A DNA stretch of 64,000 bases from Eledone cirrhosa (lineage: Eukaryota), in contig OZ024743.1 in assembly GCA_964016885.1 (NCBI GenBank), forward strand, positions 231,632,001-231,696,000, in the 5' to 3' direction. The position numbers and the translations under genes were made by a program. A model generated the notes under the pieces. It did no database searches and had not been told where the DNA came from. It worked only from the letters and a program-made list of their open reading frames with translations. Of this stretch, positions 27,396 to 41,615 are shown one piece after another. How positions within the stretch are numbered: the stretch's first letter is position 1; each line of letters opens with the position of its first letter.

Positions 27396-30300
27396 GATAG
27401 TGCCACGCTAAAATCACCGGTGGTTAAGTAACCATACATTCACGAATCCTCGATAAGAGTGTTTCAATGTCGAACATAAACAGTTCGAGTAACAGTCATG
27501 TGGAGACTGGAATGTCATGTGACAGACTCTCACCTAGCATGTGCTCCCTGGCTCACCAGCAGGGACCTGGCTGTCAACCAAATACTACTGGTGTCGGAGG
27601 AAGAAGAAGGAAAGGGACCAGAACCAACTGGACGAAATAATTGAATAGAACTGTTATCCAATGTTACCTAAGAGTAACACCAAGAAAAAAGGCTATAGGA
27701 AACGGATGCATAACATCCGGAACGATATTGGTCTATTTAAATTAGATGAACAAAAATTGGCCGGGCAGGCTCGGGTAAGAAGAACTAATGGGTGGATAAG
27801 CGAGCTAGAACTGAAGAAAATTATCAGAGAGATTAGGTTTGAAATGGAGAGTGGAGTATGCCAGGCAAACGAGCCAGTGGGAAATGAAGGTGAAGAGGTT
27901 GAGAGAACAGAGGAACCATCAGAAGCAGACAATGATCTGAATGCTGAAATAAATAATACCTGGAACAAAGATACGGCAATTGAGGAGATGAATGCTGAAG
28001 GGGTAGGACAAGATTTGGTTGATATCCTAAACTTAGTGGTAGATGAATCGAACAATGATAGTGGGAAACCTATGAACCTAAGATTTTTAGACAGGAAAAA
28101 GTTAAAAGAAACAACAGGTAAGGTAAACAAAGTCATCCCATACCTTGAGGTGAGGAGCCTTCACCAGTGCAACAATATCCTCAAAGCAACAGCAAATGCG
28201 GTGAGAAAATTACTTGGCGTAAAAGCGAGAGGAAACAACAAACAAGAAAGATCAGAACCTTGGTGGAAGAAACGACTGAATGGTCAAATCAGGGAAATGA
28301 GAAATGACATTGGAAAGCTTGAGTACCTCCTGAATGGGCCACTAAAAGACATAGACACTAAAAATAGACTGGAAATAAAGTACAAAACTAGGAGGAAAAA
28401 GCTGAATATTATCATAGAGGAACTGAAGCAACGCATTGTAGCAAAAAGTGCAAAAATCAGGCGATACGAGAACAGAGTCAGCCAGTATAGACAGAACCGC
28501 ATGTTCGACAACAACTAGAAGATGCTGTTTGGACAGCTTGAAGGGAAAGAAAGAGGCAACGACTTGATCCCTGAGGCGGAACAAACTAAAAAATTCTGGA
28601 GAGGAATATGGGAGCAGGATGTTAGACATAATGACCAGGCAGTGTGGATTGAGACAGTACAGAAGGAGATCAGTGAACAGGCACGCCAACAAACTGATTT
28701 CAGTATCACAGTTGAAACTCTTAAGGGGCAGGCCAAAATACTAACCAACTTGAAATCACCTGGCCCAGATGGTGTGCAGGGGTATTGGATTAAAAATATA
28801 ACATCCCTCCACCCGAAACTGACAACCATGTTCAATGACTGTTTGGTGTCAGGTGAGGTACCAGAGTGGTTGACAAAATGTACCACACTTCTGGTAATGA
28901 AAGATCGAATCAAGGGTAATGATATTACCAACTATAGACCTATCACATGTCTGTCCGTAATGTGGAAACTGTTGACAAGCATTGTGTCTGAGTAAATCTA
29001 CCATCACCTCCACACAAACAACTTGGTACCGGACGAACAGAAAGGATGCCGAAAGAAGTCCCGTGGTACAAAGGAGCAGTTACTTATTGATAAGATGGTA
29101 ATGAGGAATTGCAAGAGGAGACACACTGGTCTTGCCATGGGATCGATAGACTACAAAAAGGCATTTGACATGGTGCCTCATTCTTGGATCACCAAACGCC
29201 TAGCAAGCTTCAAGGTGGCAGATAACATCCGACAGTTGTTGAGCAAAAGTATGAAGTCCTGGAAAATAGAGTTAACATCAGCTGGAGAATCCTTGGGAGT
29301 CGTGAAGATCAAGAGAGGTATCTTCCAGGGAGATAGTCTGTCCCCTCTGTTGTTTGTCCTTGCCCTGATGCTCCTGACCTTTATACTGAGAAAACTGAGA
29401 GCAGGATACAAGTTGGGAAAGGGAGAGTTTACCATCAATCACCTCCTCTTCATGGACGATCTTAATCTCTTTAGGAAGAGTGAGGAGTTGGATGTGCTTG
29501 TTGACAATGTCCGTATTTTCAGCAATGGTATATGTATGCAATTTGGTATTAGTAAGTGTGGAGTCCTTGTGATGAAGAGGGGTAAATTGAGCAGAATCAA
29601 CGGAATCCAGGTGAGATGATAAAGGAAATTGACACTGAAGAAGGATACAGGTATTTGGGTGTTCCGGAGGGTGATGACATCAAGAACAAAAATATGAAGG
29701 AATTGATTAGATCTGAATACATTCGGAGAGTAAGGAGCGTATTAAAATCACATCTGAACAGTAGGAATGCCATAAGTGAAGTAAATTCCCGAGCTGTGTC
29801 TATTATTAGGTACAGTGCGGGAATTCTGAGATGCAATGTTGCTGAACAAAAAGAAATAGATAGGAAGACTAGGAAGCTATTGACTATCTACAACATGTTC
29901 CACAAGAGCAGTGATGTCGATAGGCTCTACTTAAGGAGATCTGAAGGTGGAAGAGGTCTTATCAGCATAGAGGACTGTGTTCAGATGGAGAAAAACAACC
30001 TACACAAATACGTGACCAATAGTAAGGAGTCAATGCTCAGAATTCTATTCAAGGAGACGACAATAGACCAGCCGATGTCCAAGGAGGAAATAACAACAAG
30101 GAGAAAGAGCAACCTTCATGAAAAATCCCTTCATAGTACCTTCTGAAAACTGAATTCAGAGATCCACAGACATGGAACTGGTTGAGAAGAGTAGACCTTT
30201 AAAAGGCTACAGAAGGAATGCTAATGTCTGCGCAAGAGCAGGCCCTCAAAACGAAGTGGCTGAAACACCATATTTACAAGGAGGAGGTTATCCCACTGTG

Positions 30301-30945
30301 CAGGATCTGTGGAGAGAGAGAGGAGACTGTGGCTTACATTGTATCCGAGTGTAAACACCTAGCCCAGACTCACTATAAAGGCTGGATACATGATGTGATG
30401 GGCAGGGTGATCCACTGGCACCTATGGAAAGTTAACAATTTACCACATTCTGAGAAGTGGTATGAGCATAAGCCAGAGTCGGTGATAGAAAACGATCAGG
30501 TGAAGGTGCTGTGGGATTTTAGGATACAGACGGACAAGAAACTGGAACACAATAGACCTGACCTGGTGTTTTTGGACAAGGAAAATAGATCGTGCCTGAT
30601 AGTGGATGTGGCCTGCCCATTCGACACTAGAGTGCAAGGGAAGGCGTGGGAGAAAATTAACCGATACCAGGACGTTAAGTGGGAGGTAAAAGGGATTTGG
30701 AACTGCCACGAAGTCAAAGTGGTGCCGATTGTCATAGGCGCACTAGGTACTATCTCCAAAAGTTTCCAGGGAGGGTTAAAGAAAATTGGCTCCGCCCCGC
30801 CTTTTGGAACACTTCAAAAGGCATGCTTGCTGGGAACAGCAAGAATCCTTCGATACGTCCTGAATATCTGAGGCTGCATGTAGTGGCTTGATATTCATTT
30901 CAACAAACTTTTCAGTTAACTAACATCAATGACTGAGACTCAAAG
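27396..30945 (+). mobile_element. R4/Dong-like family B, near full length, disabled
   Basis: N-terminal [59 protein letters not shown], then CCHC and RLE. Stops at 28516 and 28993, frameshifts near 29612 and 30145. TAA tail. The 5' boundary is approximate. Confidence 0.93.
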
Positions 30946-31179
30946 AAAAATAATGATAATAATAATAATAATAAAGTAGTTAATGCGAATAACAATAACA
31001 ATAATTTAAACACATACAGTGGAACACCTAGAAGCATTAACAATGATAATACGAACAGTTTAGGTTATCGAAATAGCATTGAATCGAACTGTAACTGTAG
31101 AAGTAAATCTGAATGCCCTTTACAAAATAATTGCCTTGATAACAATTTCGTATATAAATATACCATTAAAACAAATAAT

Positions 31180-31365
31180 AATTGTTTCTACTTTGGCACA
31201 AGGCCAGCAATTATCCAGTGCATTACTGGTACTTTATTTTATCGACTCCGTAAGGATGAAAGCCAAAGTTAACCTCGGCGGGATTTGAACTCAGAATGAC
31301 AAGGGCCGTAACTCTATGCGTCAAAGCATAGCGCCCGACCCTCTACCGATACTGCCAATCCACAA
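31180..31365 (-). mobile_element. tRNA-derived SINE
   Basis: Same family as 4838-4957, here including the head region (ggattggcagtatcggtagag...gagttcaaatcccgcc). Confidence 0.8.
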
Positions 31366-31366
31366 A

Positions 31367-32636
31367 GGTGCAACTTCATCGAACCTTAAACTTCGCTTTT
31401 CCAATCATAATCATTCTTTCTCTCATCCACATAAATAATATTCTACTTCATTATCACAATTAATATGGTCTTTAAAAGGGAAAAATATAAAATACTCAAT
31501 TTCTTGGGTTAAACTTAGAAACTCTGAATCATATCGGAATGCTTCCATCCGACCAATCTGCCATCTTTGCCATTTGGAAACTCTATTAATAATTAATAAT
31601 TATGGTAATTTAATTAATAAGAAAAATGAATTATTTGCAACTTGCCTCCATAAATCTGTAAAATCATTTCAATCATCATTTAAATTTAGAAAAAAACACT
31701 GAATGAGTGAAAAAATATTGACTTTTATTAATAATTCTTGAAATGCTACCGTTGTTATTATGTATAATGTTTTACCTTACCTTATAACATTGCATATTGG
31801 CTCTTTTATACGGTGAGTTAATTTCATGATTGACTAAATACCTTTATTTCGGTTTTAGAATCGTCTTTGTATAACTTGAATTTTCTAAATTTGTGATTTG
31901 AAATACCTCCTGGCTTTCAAAGCATTTAGCTAATTTAAAAGATCAGATATGTTGTACGGAGCTCATTTGTTTACATTTATCGTACATAATTTTCGTTTTT
32001 TCCAAATGGATTAATAATGTATATTTAACATAATTTATACTGTTGCATGAGTAGGATTGGGTTGATTCGAAATAATAATACTTTCAAGATTATATATAAC
32101 TATTAATTAATCCTATATGAAATTGACAATTATTGATTTAAACTGTTTGTAATGTTTATAATGTTAATAATTCTAAAGATTATATAAAATGCATATACAG
32201 ATGGTGATATGTGATTAAGTTATGATAAATATACTCATACATATTTACTATATTTGTAAACTTTATTTGTAGGTTAAATGTTTCTGATTTTGAATTTTGT
32301 AACAAAATATTGAATATATTTATTAATTTAACTATACTTCTGATTATCATTGAAAATATTTAATATTGTTTAATTTTGATTTAATATACTGGTATAATTT
32401 CGCTCAAACATAACCAAATACAATAGATAGTAATAATTTTAACGATATTTAATTGGTGGCTTCTACCTGACTTAATATTTGAAAACAACTGTCACGCATC
32501 ATGTCCCTTTCTTCTTTCTTTCTGTCTTTCTTTCTTTCCTGTTGCAGTTATGTATTCCATCCTCTCTTTTATCTCCTTCTCCCTCCTTCTTTTTATCTTC
32601 ATCTTTTTTTTTCTTTCCCTCCTCCCTTCTATGTAG

Positions 32637-32725
<89 letters not shown>

Positions 32726-33120
32726 GTTTCTTCTGTTTCTTCTCTAACATGAATATTTAAATATTTTAACATTTATGTACTTATGTGTTTATTTATTTCT
32801 TCTATATTTTCTCATACCCACCCCCTCTTGATACTTATATATCGCTCTCTTCATCCCTCACTTCATCATACCCTCTCTTCATCATATCTAGTTTGTCATG
32901 TTACTCATTCTTGTGGTATATAAACATAGAGTTTTGTTGTAAGAAATCACTGCCAAGACTGAAGTTAAACCATAAAGACGATTGAGGTATGTCGTACATC
33001 AATTTATGTATTTTATCTGATGAGGACGTTCTGAACAAACAGCACAGTATCTCCGAAATATATATAATAAAACATATATTTTGATTATGTGAACGTCTTT
33101 ATTTATTAATATTTTGAATA
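31367..33120 (+). mobile_element. Penelope-like 3' fragment: GIY-YIG C-terminus, long AT-rich 3' region, hammerhead
   Basis: Manual translation of 31367-31660 gives GATSSNLKLRFSNHNHSF..STSLSQLIWSLK..YSISW..CHLCHLETLLI..LINKKNELFATCLHK. Continuity to 33120 is inferred. Confidence 0.65.
33011..33072 (+). ncRNA. Type I hammerhead ribozyme, minimal palindromic stem III
   Basis: TTTTAT-CTGATGA-GGA(...)TCC-GAAA-tatata-TA-ATAAAA. Confidence 0.82.
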
Positions 33121-33328
33121 ATATATATATATATACAAATATATATATAAAATACGCCTCCTATATCTTTATATGTATATATGTAAGTATGAGTGTTTAT
33201 AGTTTTAATTTTTGTTTGCCTGTTTTAATTTTACAAAATGCACTAGAAATACTTACATTCACACACAAACCGGGCATCACATATTTTATTTGAGTTTAAT
33301 TATCTATATAAACTTATCATATATACAC

Positions 33329-33367
<39 letters not shown>

Positions 33368-33391
33368 TAATCACACCAGGTTAGTGGTACC

Positions 33392-33470
<79 letters not shown>

Positions 33471-33835
33471 GACATACATGTGTGTGTTCAGGTGTACACG
33501 CCTGTGTGTGTGTGTGAGTTCAAATTTTACATAAATATTAACTTGCTGATATCAACATTTAATCTTTACAATACACTATGATTAATTATCACGTTATTTC
33601 TTACACTGATATATCTACATATTATCAATTCATTAGACTTTATAATTAGCTTCCTTTATATTTCCATAGTACTAGTATCTATAATTAATTACCTTATTCG
33701 TATTTTGTTCTGATATATTAATATTATATTAATGTCAATCTCACTTTAATGCATTCATGAGGCATTACTCAAACTAAGTTCAATTAAATCCTGCTATGTA
33801 ATGTTTTAAGTATAAAACAGGTTGCTTGGTGTTGA

Positions 33836-33902
<67 letters not shown>

Positions 33903-34073
33903 TAAATATACATATATATTCTATTTATTAATATATATATATATATATATTAATAAATATACATATATATTCTATTTATTTATTTGTCTATTTATTTTGA
34001 CTACTAGTCTTCTGCCTGTACTAAATATAGATCGAATTAATGAAATATAAACATCAGGAGAAAGCCTTATATA

Positions 34074-34140
<67 letters not shown>

Positions 34141-34156
34141 ATGTATGTATATATAT

Positions 34157-35129
34157 AGAAAAAAAAGATGAAATCGAAAATGCAACTGGAGTCTTATTTT
34201 TAAAAAAATATTTATATTTATTTGGTTCCTTTACCGGTTTCGCAGTTCTTCTGCTTTTAAAAAGTACAGTTGAGATGGAGGGTCTGTGGTTTTTCTCACA
34301 TCTGGTTGGTCTCTGAATGTTACTTGTTTTATATGGAAAAGTGGCTCGAGATTCCAGGTTTTTCGGGAAGTAATTTGATTGGTTGGTCAATAATTATAAT
34401 AAATGTCGCGCCAGTTCGTGTTACAAATTTCTTCAAACACAACAAGTACACAAATAAACATATATATCTTTACTTTCTTTATTCAATAGAAAATCTGAAT
34501 TCTGACACCCCAGCGAACTAACCATATTCACTGAATTAAAACCATCCAATTTCTCTTGACCATTATCTTTTACTTGTCATAAAATTCTCTAAAAAGGCTA
34601 CAGAATAGATTTCCAAATAAGGGCACAAAAATTTAATGAAACTTGTTCACGTGACAGCATAATTTCATTTATAACCAATCAAATTACGTTTATTAAAAAA
34701 AAGCCTTCCTGAGCCCCACTTTTTTTAAGTAAAAAGAAATTAAAACACTCATATATGAAAAAAAAACAACCTGTGACACCCCACCCTTGTTTGAAGAACT
34801 TTGTAACGCGAACTGGCGCGAAATTTATTATAATTATTGACCAACCAATCAAATTACTTCCCGAAAAACCTGGCATCTCGAGCCACTTTTTCCATATAAA
34901 ACAAGTAACATTCAGAGACCAACCAGATGTGAGAAAAACCACAGACCCTCCATCTCAACTGTACTTTTTAAAAGCAGAAGAACTGCGAAACCGGTAAAGG
35001 AACCAAATAAATATATATATTTTTGTAAAAATAAGACTCCAGTTGCATTTTCGATTTCATCTTTTATTCTTTATACTTTCACTCGTGTAGGACATCTCGG
35101 TTATTTTTCATTTTGTAAAAAAAAATTAC

Positions 35130-35135
<6 letters not shown>
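34157..35135. mobile_element. Fold-back PLE element (family B), inverted arms of about 283 bp plus tail
   Basis: 34157-34439 and 34788-35072 are reverse complements, with a tail at 35073-35135. Flanked by (TA)n. Confidence 0.8.
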
Positions 35136-35200
<65 letters not shown>

Positions 35201-35333
35201 GATAAATCTACCAAGAGTTTACGGTAGTGTCCAATCCGTATGAAGAACTCAATGTATTCCGGATATCATGGAAAGAAGAGATGTAATGAAAAATCACTTT
35301 CGGTGAAAGATAAACGGTATACAGAGTCAAGAT

Positions 35334-35550
<217 letters not shown>

Positions 35551-35633
35551 AATATTTGCTCTACGGTTCTTATATATTTGATATATATTTATCCTTATTG
35601 AGCCCTCTTTGGATTTTAGTCTCCATCTTTTTT

Positions 35634-35668
<35 letters not shown>

Positions 35669-36241
35669 TAAAGTTAGTCCTTCCTCAGTGATCTTCCAAC
35701 AATCATTGGTATTTCATCGCTTTATATATATATATAGAGAGAGAGATTTATATATATATATGCTTATATGTATGCATCTATATGTGTATAACGTATATAT
35801 ATATATATATTATGTATGTATATTTTTACACATATACACACATAAATATTATTGTCCGGAGCAAAAGAAAGAGAGAGAGTGATACAAAAGGAATACGATC
35901 TAAGAATATCACTAAATGGTAGAAATAATATAATTGGAACCGAATCTGCGAGATGTAGAACAACGAGCTTTGCGGACAAGATTAATACAGACTTACGTAT
36001 GAATCAACTTGTCATTGAATATGAACCGAATATGGATAAAAGAACTCTCCGAAGGTATATATTTATTGAAATACGAATGCTCGAAACATTTGTTTATGAC
36101 GCAGAATATCTATCGGGATTTTGAATACTGTAGATCTAAATATTTATGTATAATAGAAACATGTGATGCTACACAGGAGAAAAATAACTCGATGATGATT
36201 CGTAGATAAATAGAATATTCGCATAAACTTAACTAGATGTA

Positions 36242-36311
<70 letters not shown>

Positions 36312-36352
36312 TTTCTCTGTGGCTCTCTCTCTCCCTCCCTCTTTCTCTACGG

Positions 36353-36399
<47 letters not shown>

Positions 36400-36638
36400 T
36401 CTCTCTCTTTCTTTCTCTCTTTGAACTCTCTTTGTATGTACGTGTATTTTTATACTTTTCGTATACATATATATGTAAGATTAACGATAAAGACCTCCAT
36501 TGGTCACGATTGACCATGGAATTTGCACCTGGTATGTTGACCTCCGAGGTACAATTACGGGCAAGTTTGTTTGTTTGCCATCGCCACGATTTTTTTTTTA
36601 TACAGCTTTGCACCAGTGACGTCGCAACTCTTTTCTAC

Positions 36639-36755
36639 AGCTAAATAAGCTGAAGCAATGTGAAATAAAGTGTATTGCGGAAGAACACAACACGGGAATC
36701 GAACTTACAGCTTCTCGATTGTAAGCCCGACGCTCTAACCGCTAAGCCAAGCGCC
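36639..36755 (-). mobile_element. tRNA-derived SINE (second family, CORE-like central domain)
   Basis: A box tggcttagcggttag, B box gttcgattcc, then gtgttcttccgcaatacactttatttcacattgc. Related decayed copy near 55880-55990. Confidence 0.75.
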
Positions 36756-36806
36756 TTCACATACACAGAGACAAAGACAAACACGCACACGCTACTCAGA
36801 TACACA

Positions 36807-36902
<96 letters not shown>

Positions 36903-36904
36903 GC

Positions 36905-37056
36905 AAATAGGCTGTGGTAAGGTATACCAGGTGGACCATAACGCACCAGAGTACTCAATACTTATGGTAGTAGAGTGGGTGATAGGAAAAGTGTCAGGAT
37001 CCCAACGGCTGAGCTCTGGATGTTTCGACAGCTAGATGCGAACTAAGCCACCAGTT
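36905..37056 (-). mobile_element. Short interspersed repeat (family F), probably a PLE terminal repeat
   Basis: Reverse-complement homolog of 61140-61255 (ggaccataacgcaccagagtac.caatact). Lies between (TA)n tracts. Confidence 0.55.
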
Positions 37057-37468
37057 ATATATATATATATATACAAACACACGCTCATATTATCCTTGCT
37101 TATCTAGAAAACACAGTCACGCATATACAGACACACATGGACACACGCAAAACACACACGCATACACACACGCACATATACACATAGAGATATATAAATA
37201 TATATATATGTAGAATGTCGACAAGTATAAATAACACACCAGAACAATACAATGAAACGATGGCATTTTAGTTTACTGCTGAATACAGTAAAAGAGGAGT
37301 GTCAGCGATTCCAACGTTACTTCTTTAACGATAGTTAGAATGCGGGAGCTAGGAGAAGCTGTTATTACATAGAGGGAGAAAAGAGAAATAGACGACATTT
37401 ATGATAAAAATAACCGGGGTAATTCATAATTATATTATATATATATATGTATGTGTGTGTGTGTGCGC

Positions 37469-37551
<83 letters not shown>

Positions 37552-37929
37552 TATGAATTTCATTGGTATATATAGATACATATATATATATATACCGAGG
37601 AAATTCATAATTACACACACACACACACACATACATACATATATATATATATAGGTTTGTATATATATATATATTGGTTAGATTATCAATATTAGTATTA
37701 TTGGGCACCCATTGATGTAGGAATCTTATAATGAAACGAGACGTTCGTTTGGGAAGAGATATATTCGATATGTCTCATATGAAATAATACAGCCAATTTT
37801 CCACACAATATATTTAGTTAGCACCCCGAACGTTTAATTAGTAATATACTCACTTATTTCCTAATGTTTGTTGAGTGAGTTGGAATTTGGCCGGAGTATC
37901 GCTAAAAGCTTTCTCCGATAATGTATTTA

Positions 37930-37974
<45 letters not shown>

Positions 37975-37977
<3 letters not shown>

Positions 37978-38270
37978 GATTTTGATTTTAATTTTAAACC
38001 TTTCTTTACTCCTACCAACATTTTTAATTAACTTTCTTCACTGAATTTGACAAGATGGATCTTAATACATCGAAACCGGTAATTTTCTCATATACTTTAT
38101 ATACTTCATAAATTTAAAAAAAAAAAAAGAAATGTTCCTCTCTTTTTTTAATAAGATTATCTTTTTAATAACACTATCTTTTCAATAATGTCACTTTGAC
38201 GAATCAAAAAGGAAAAACAGACCCTCAAATATATCTCCCGTGCTATTTCCAACTTCAATTTTTCTCTATA
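37975..38270 (+). mobile_element. PLE terminal-repeat fragment (family D)
   Basis: Homologous to 18040-18270, in (TA)n, and carries a hammerhead variant. Confidence 0.6.
38043..38085 (+). ncRNA. Type I hammerhead variant with U3-A8 core
   Basis: GAAT-TTGACAA-GATG(gatcttaata)CATC-GAAA-CCGG-TA-ATTT. Confidence 0.65.
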
Positions 38271-38286
38271 TATATGTATATATATA

Positions 38287-38359
<73 letters not shown>

Positions 38360-38670
38360 GGTGTTAAAGTTTGCTTGAAGCATTGTGAAATGTGTAAAAT
38401 ACGTAGTTAAGAAAGCCACAACAATACAGAGGGAAATCTCGAGGTAGGAAGTGAATGATAGATAAGAGAAACAGGAGAAAGTGAAAATTGAGAGAGACAA
38501 AGATGAAAACAAAACAAAGGTAGAAGGGTTACCGTAGTGGAGATTTAATCCCAATATTTCGGGCTCACGCCCATCAACGGGGGAAAGTTCCAAAAGGGGG
38601 GGAACAGGCCAAGCGGAGAAAGTTGTGATGTCGTTAAGACAGGAATGCCGTTATATATATATATACACAC

Positions 38671-38826
38671 ACAATATATTACCAAATGGAAACTATATTT
38701 ATAAAACCATATTTATTTCATTATATAGTTTTTATATTGTATTTTTACTCCAAAAATGTTTGAGTGCTTTATATCAGTTATACAAATATTTGCTTGTTGT
38801 ATCCCAACAAATTAAATATAATTTCA
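38671..38826. mobile_element. Minimal family C insertion: short inverted arm plus tail
   Basis: 38671-38726 matches 1603-1657, and 38733-38826 is the reverse complement of the tail 1513-1610. Confidence 0.7.
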
Positions 38827-38920
38827 TATATATATATACACATACACGAAGCGCGCGTAACAGGTCGATAGTCAATAAATAACAAAGTACATGTAGAGCA
38901 AGCAAACTTCATCGTTTATT

Positions 38921-38958
<38 letters not shown>

Positions 38959-39546
38959 AATGTATATATATTCATGATTATACGTATCCTATTTATGTCA
39001 ATTTATTTATGTGTGTTTGCACGTGGGTGTGTATGCATCTATGTAGGTATATATGTACGTGTTAGTGTGCGCACCTTAGTATGAATGAATTCCTGTGTGT
39101 ATGTATTCAACAATGTGTATGAGAAAAACTGGATTACATATAAATGAGCATTGAATAGGTCTTCGTTACGCCAAAAGCAAGAAAAGGCAAAAACGAGAAA
39201 AATAAAAAAAATGGTTTCTACAATTGTTCTCCAAAATTCTATTGTGAAATAATAATCGGCTTAAACTTGAAGAATTTGAAACACTCAAAAGCAGGGATCT
39301 ACTTACACACTATCAAAATTCAAATTGTAAAGAGAATGTCTCTTGAGATTTCTCACAAACGCTACACGAAGAGAATGGCTAGATAATTACACACGAACTA
39401 ATTCTTCTGTTAAATTAAAATACCGGAGATATACAAGTCTCATGTTGACAAGTAAGCAATTGGATTTTTGAGAGAAGCACTATCAAGTCTACATAATGAC
39501 ATGCCATTGGGAATAACCAATAAACAAGTCTAACAGGCTTACACAA

Positions 39547-39600
<54 letters not shown>

Positions 39601-41072
39601 CTGTGTGTCTGTGAGCGTGTGCGTGTGTGTGTGTGTGCATAGGTGTGTAAGTATGTATGTGTGTATGTGTGTATGTGTCTATGTCTCTATATACTGTTAG
39701 ATATATTGCATTGAATGCCCTAATCGCATCTTTTTGTAAGGATATTTTTTTTTTCTTTTTTGCTTTTGTTTTCCATATTTTCATATGAGTTTCTAGCCGA
39801 ATATTTTAACAGTAACGCCGTTCCTAAATCAATCATCAACCTTTTCTAGACCTTTATATAATCATTGTAAAGATAATATGATGTTAGCATGTGTAGCTAC
39901 CTCTTTATAGCAGGCAGCCCTAGTGAAATTGGTGTAAACATTTTCTCTAGAGTTAGAATTCTCACCATTAGATTTAAAATCAATTTTACTTTTGCTTGTG
40001 AGGAGTGAATGTTTTCTCTAAGCTTATTTTAGCATTGAAATAACAATGAAAACAACAGCTCACACATAGACAGATTTAGCTTGCCTCCTGCGAGTGTGTA
40101 TGTCACAGATGGACCCCAGTAAAATCTAACCACACACATTGCTCTAAATAACAATATGTACCCTTCTAGTTCGAGACTTGAAACTATAATCTTCTAATCG
40201 TGCTTCCAACTCCTAAACCACTGGACCACGCTATATCTCAACATTTTTGGGTGTTAGCTCTTGGATTGTGAGAGTATTTATCCCCTGGCACAAAATCCAT
40301 AATGGTATATACTATTTCTGAATTCAAATTAAGAACAAATTAGGAGACATATGAAGTAAAAACCATGGCGGATTCATGATGGCAAAAATGTTAGGCCGTT
40401 AAACCTTGCGGTATTTGTTTCCACTCCAATGGTACCAGGTTTTACTGGATCTGTTTATTCCCTTCGAAAACATCGGTTGTATGTAAAGCATATATATATA
40501 TTTCCCTTGTGATTTCAACACATATAACTATATAACAGAGATATATAGCCAGAACTATATATCTCTCTTTAAAGTATTATAAGCCTCGGAAAATGTTACT
40601 CTCCTTGAGCTATCTTAATTATTTGGGACTATTGTTTTTAACTTAATATATACTTTTGATAAATTTGCTCCATCGCTTTGGTTGGGCAGCAATATATCGA
40701 ATGGTCCTGGCTGCTATTTTTCTAGTAACCTTACGTTCTATTCGTTTCACCAAGCATTTTATTTCCATGTGTTCTCTCTTTTAACGCACGTGTTTGTTAG
40801 TCTTCTACCAAACATAGTAGTGAAGTGAATGTTGATGTGGGTACACGTTGAGAAGCACCACTCCAATAATTCTCCTCACTGAATTTTGCGAGATGCTAGG
40901 TTCTCCTCATAAACTGTCTGGGCACATGGTAGGTTCATTTTTCTCAAATTATCTTTTTGATTGGGTCCTGTGAACCATATTATTTTCGTCAATATTTTCC
41001 TTAACCTGGCGGTCTATGTCTCTTGTGATTTGAACACATATAACTATAGAGCGGTGTTACTCTCTCCTTACA

Positions 41073-41126
<54 letters not shown>

Positions 41127-41329
41127 TTGTGTGTGTGAGTGTGTGAGCGTGTGTGTTTTGCGTGTGTCCATGTGTGTCTGTGTATGCGTGACTGTGTTTT
41201 ATAGATAAGCAAGTGTATATGTATATATATGGGCGTGTCTTGGTATATAACATATATAGTTATTTGTGTGCGTGAATGTGTGGGTGTATTAGAAAACGTG
41301 TAGCAATTTTGACAGAGTAGAGCTAATAA

Positions 41330-41447
41330 TTGTTTCAACTTTTAGGTACGAGGCCAGCAATTACCCAGTACATTACTAGTACTTTATTTTATCGACCCCG
41401 TAAGGATGAAAGGCAAAGTTAACCTCGGCGGGATTTGAACTAAGAAT
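41330..41447 (-). mobile_element. tRNA-derived SINE fragment
   Basis: Same family as 4838-4957 and 31180-31365. Confidence 0.78.
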
Positions 41448-41615
41448 ATATGATGAAATAATAACATGTGACAGTATATATCAATAAATGTGTTAACTTT
41501 GAAACATGCTTTATTCTTTAATATTCAACCATATACGTCCAATGTACACATACTCCTATATATTCTTACCTATAGAGATATATCTATCTATTTATCTATC
41601 TCTCTATCTATCTAT

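Noticed and set aside
36685-36755. tRNA gene
   Set aside because: A and B boxes are present, but the acceptor stem does not close and the sequence runs into a SINE body.
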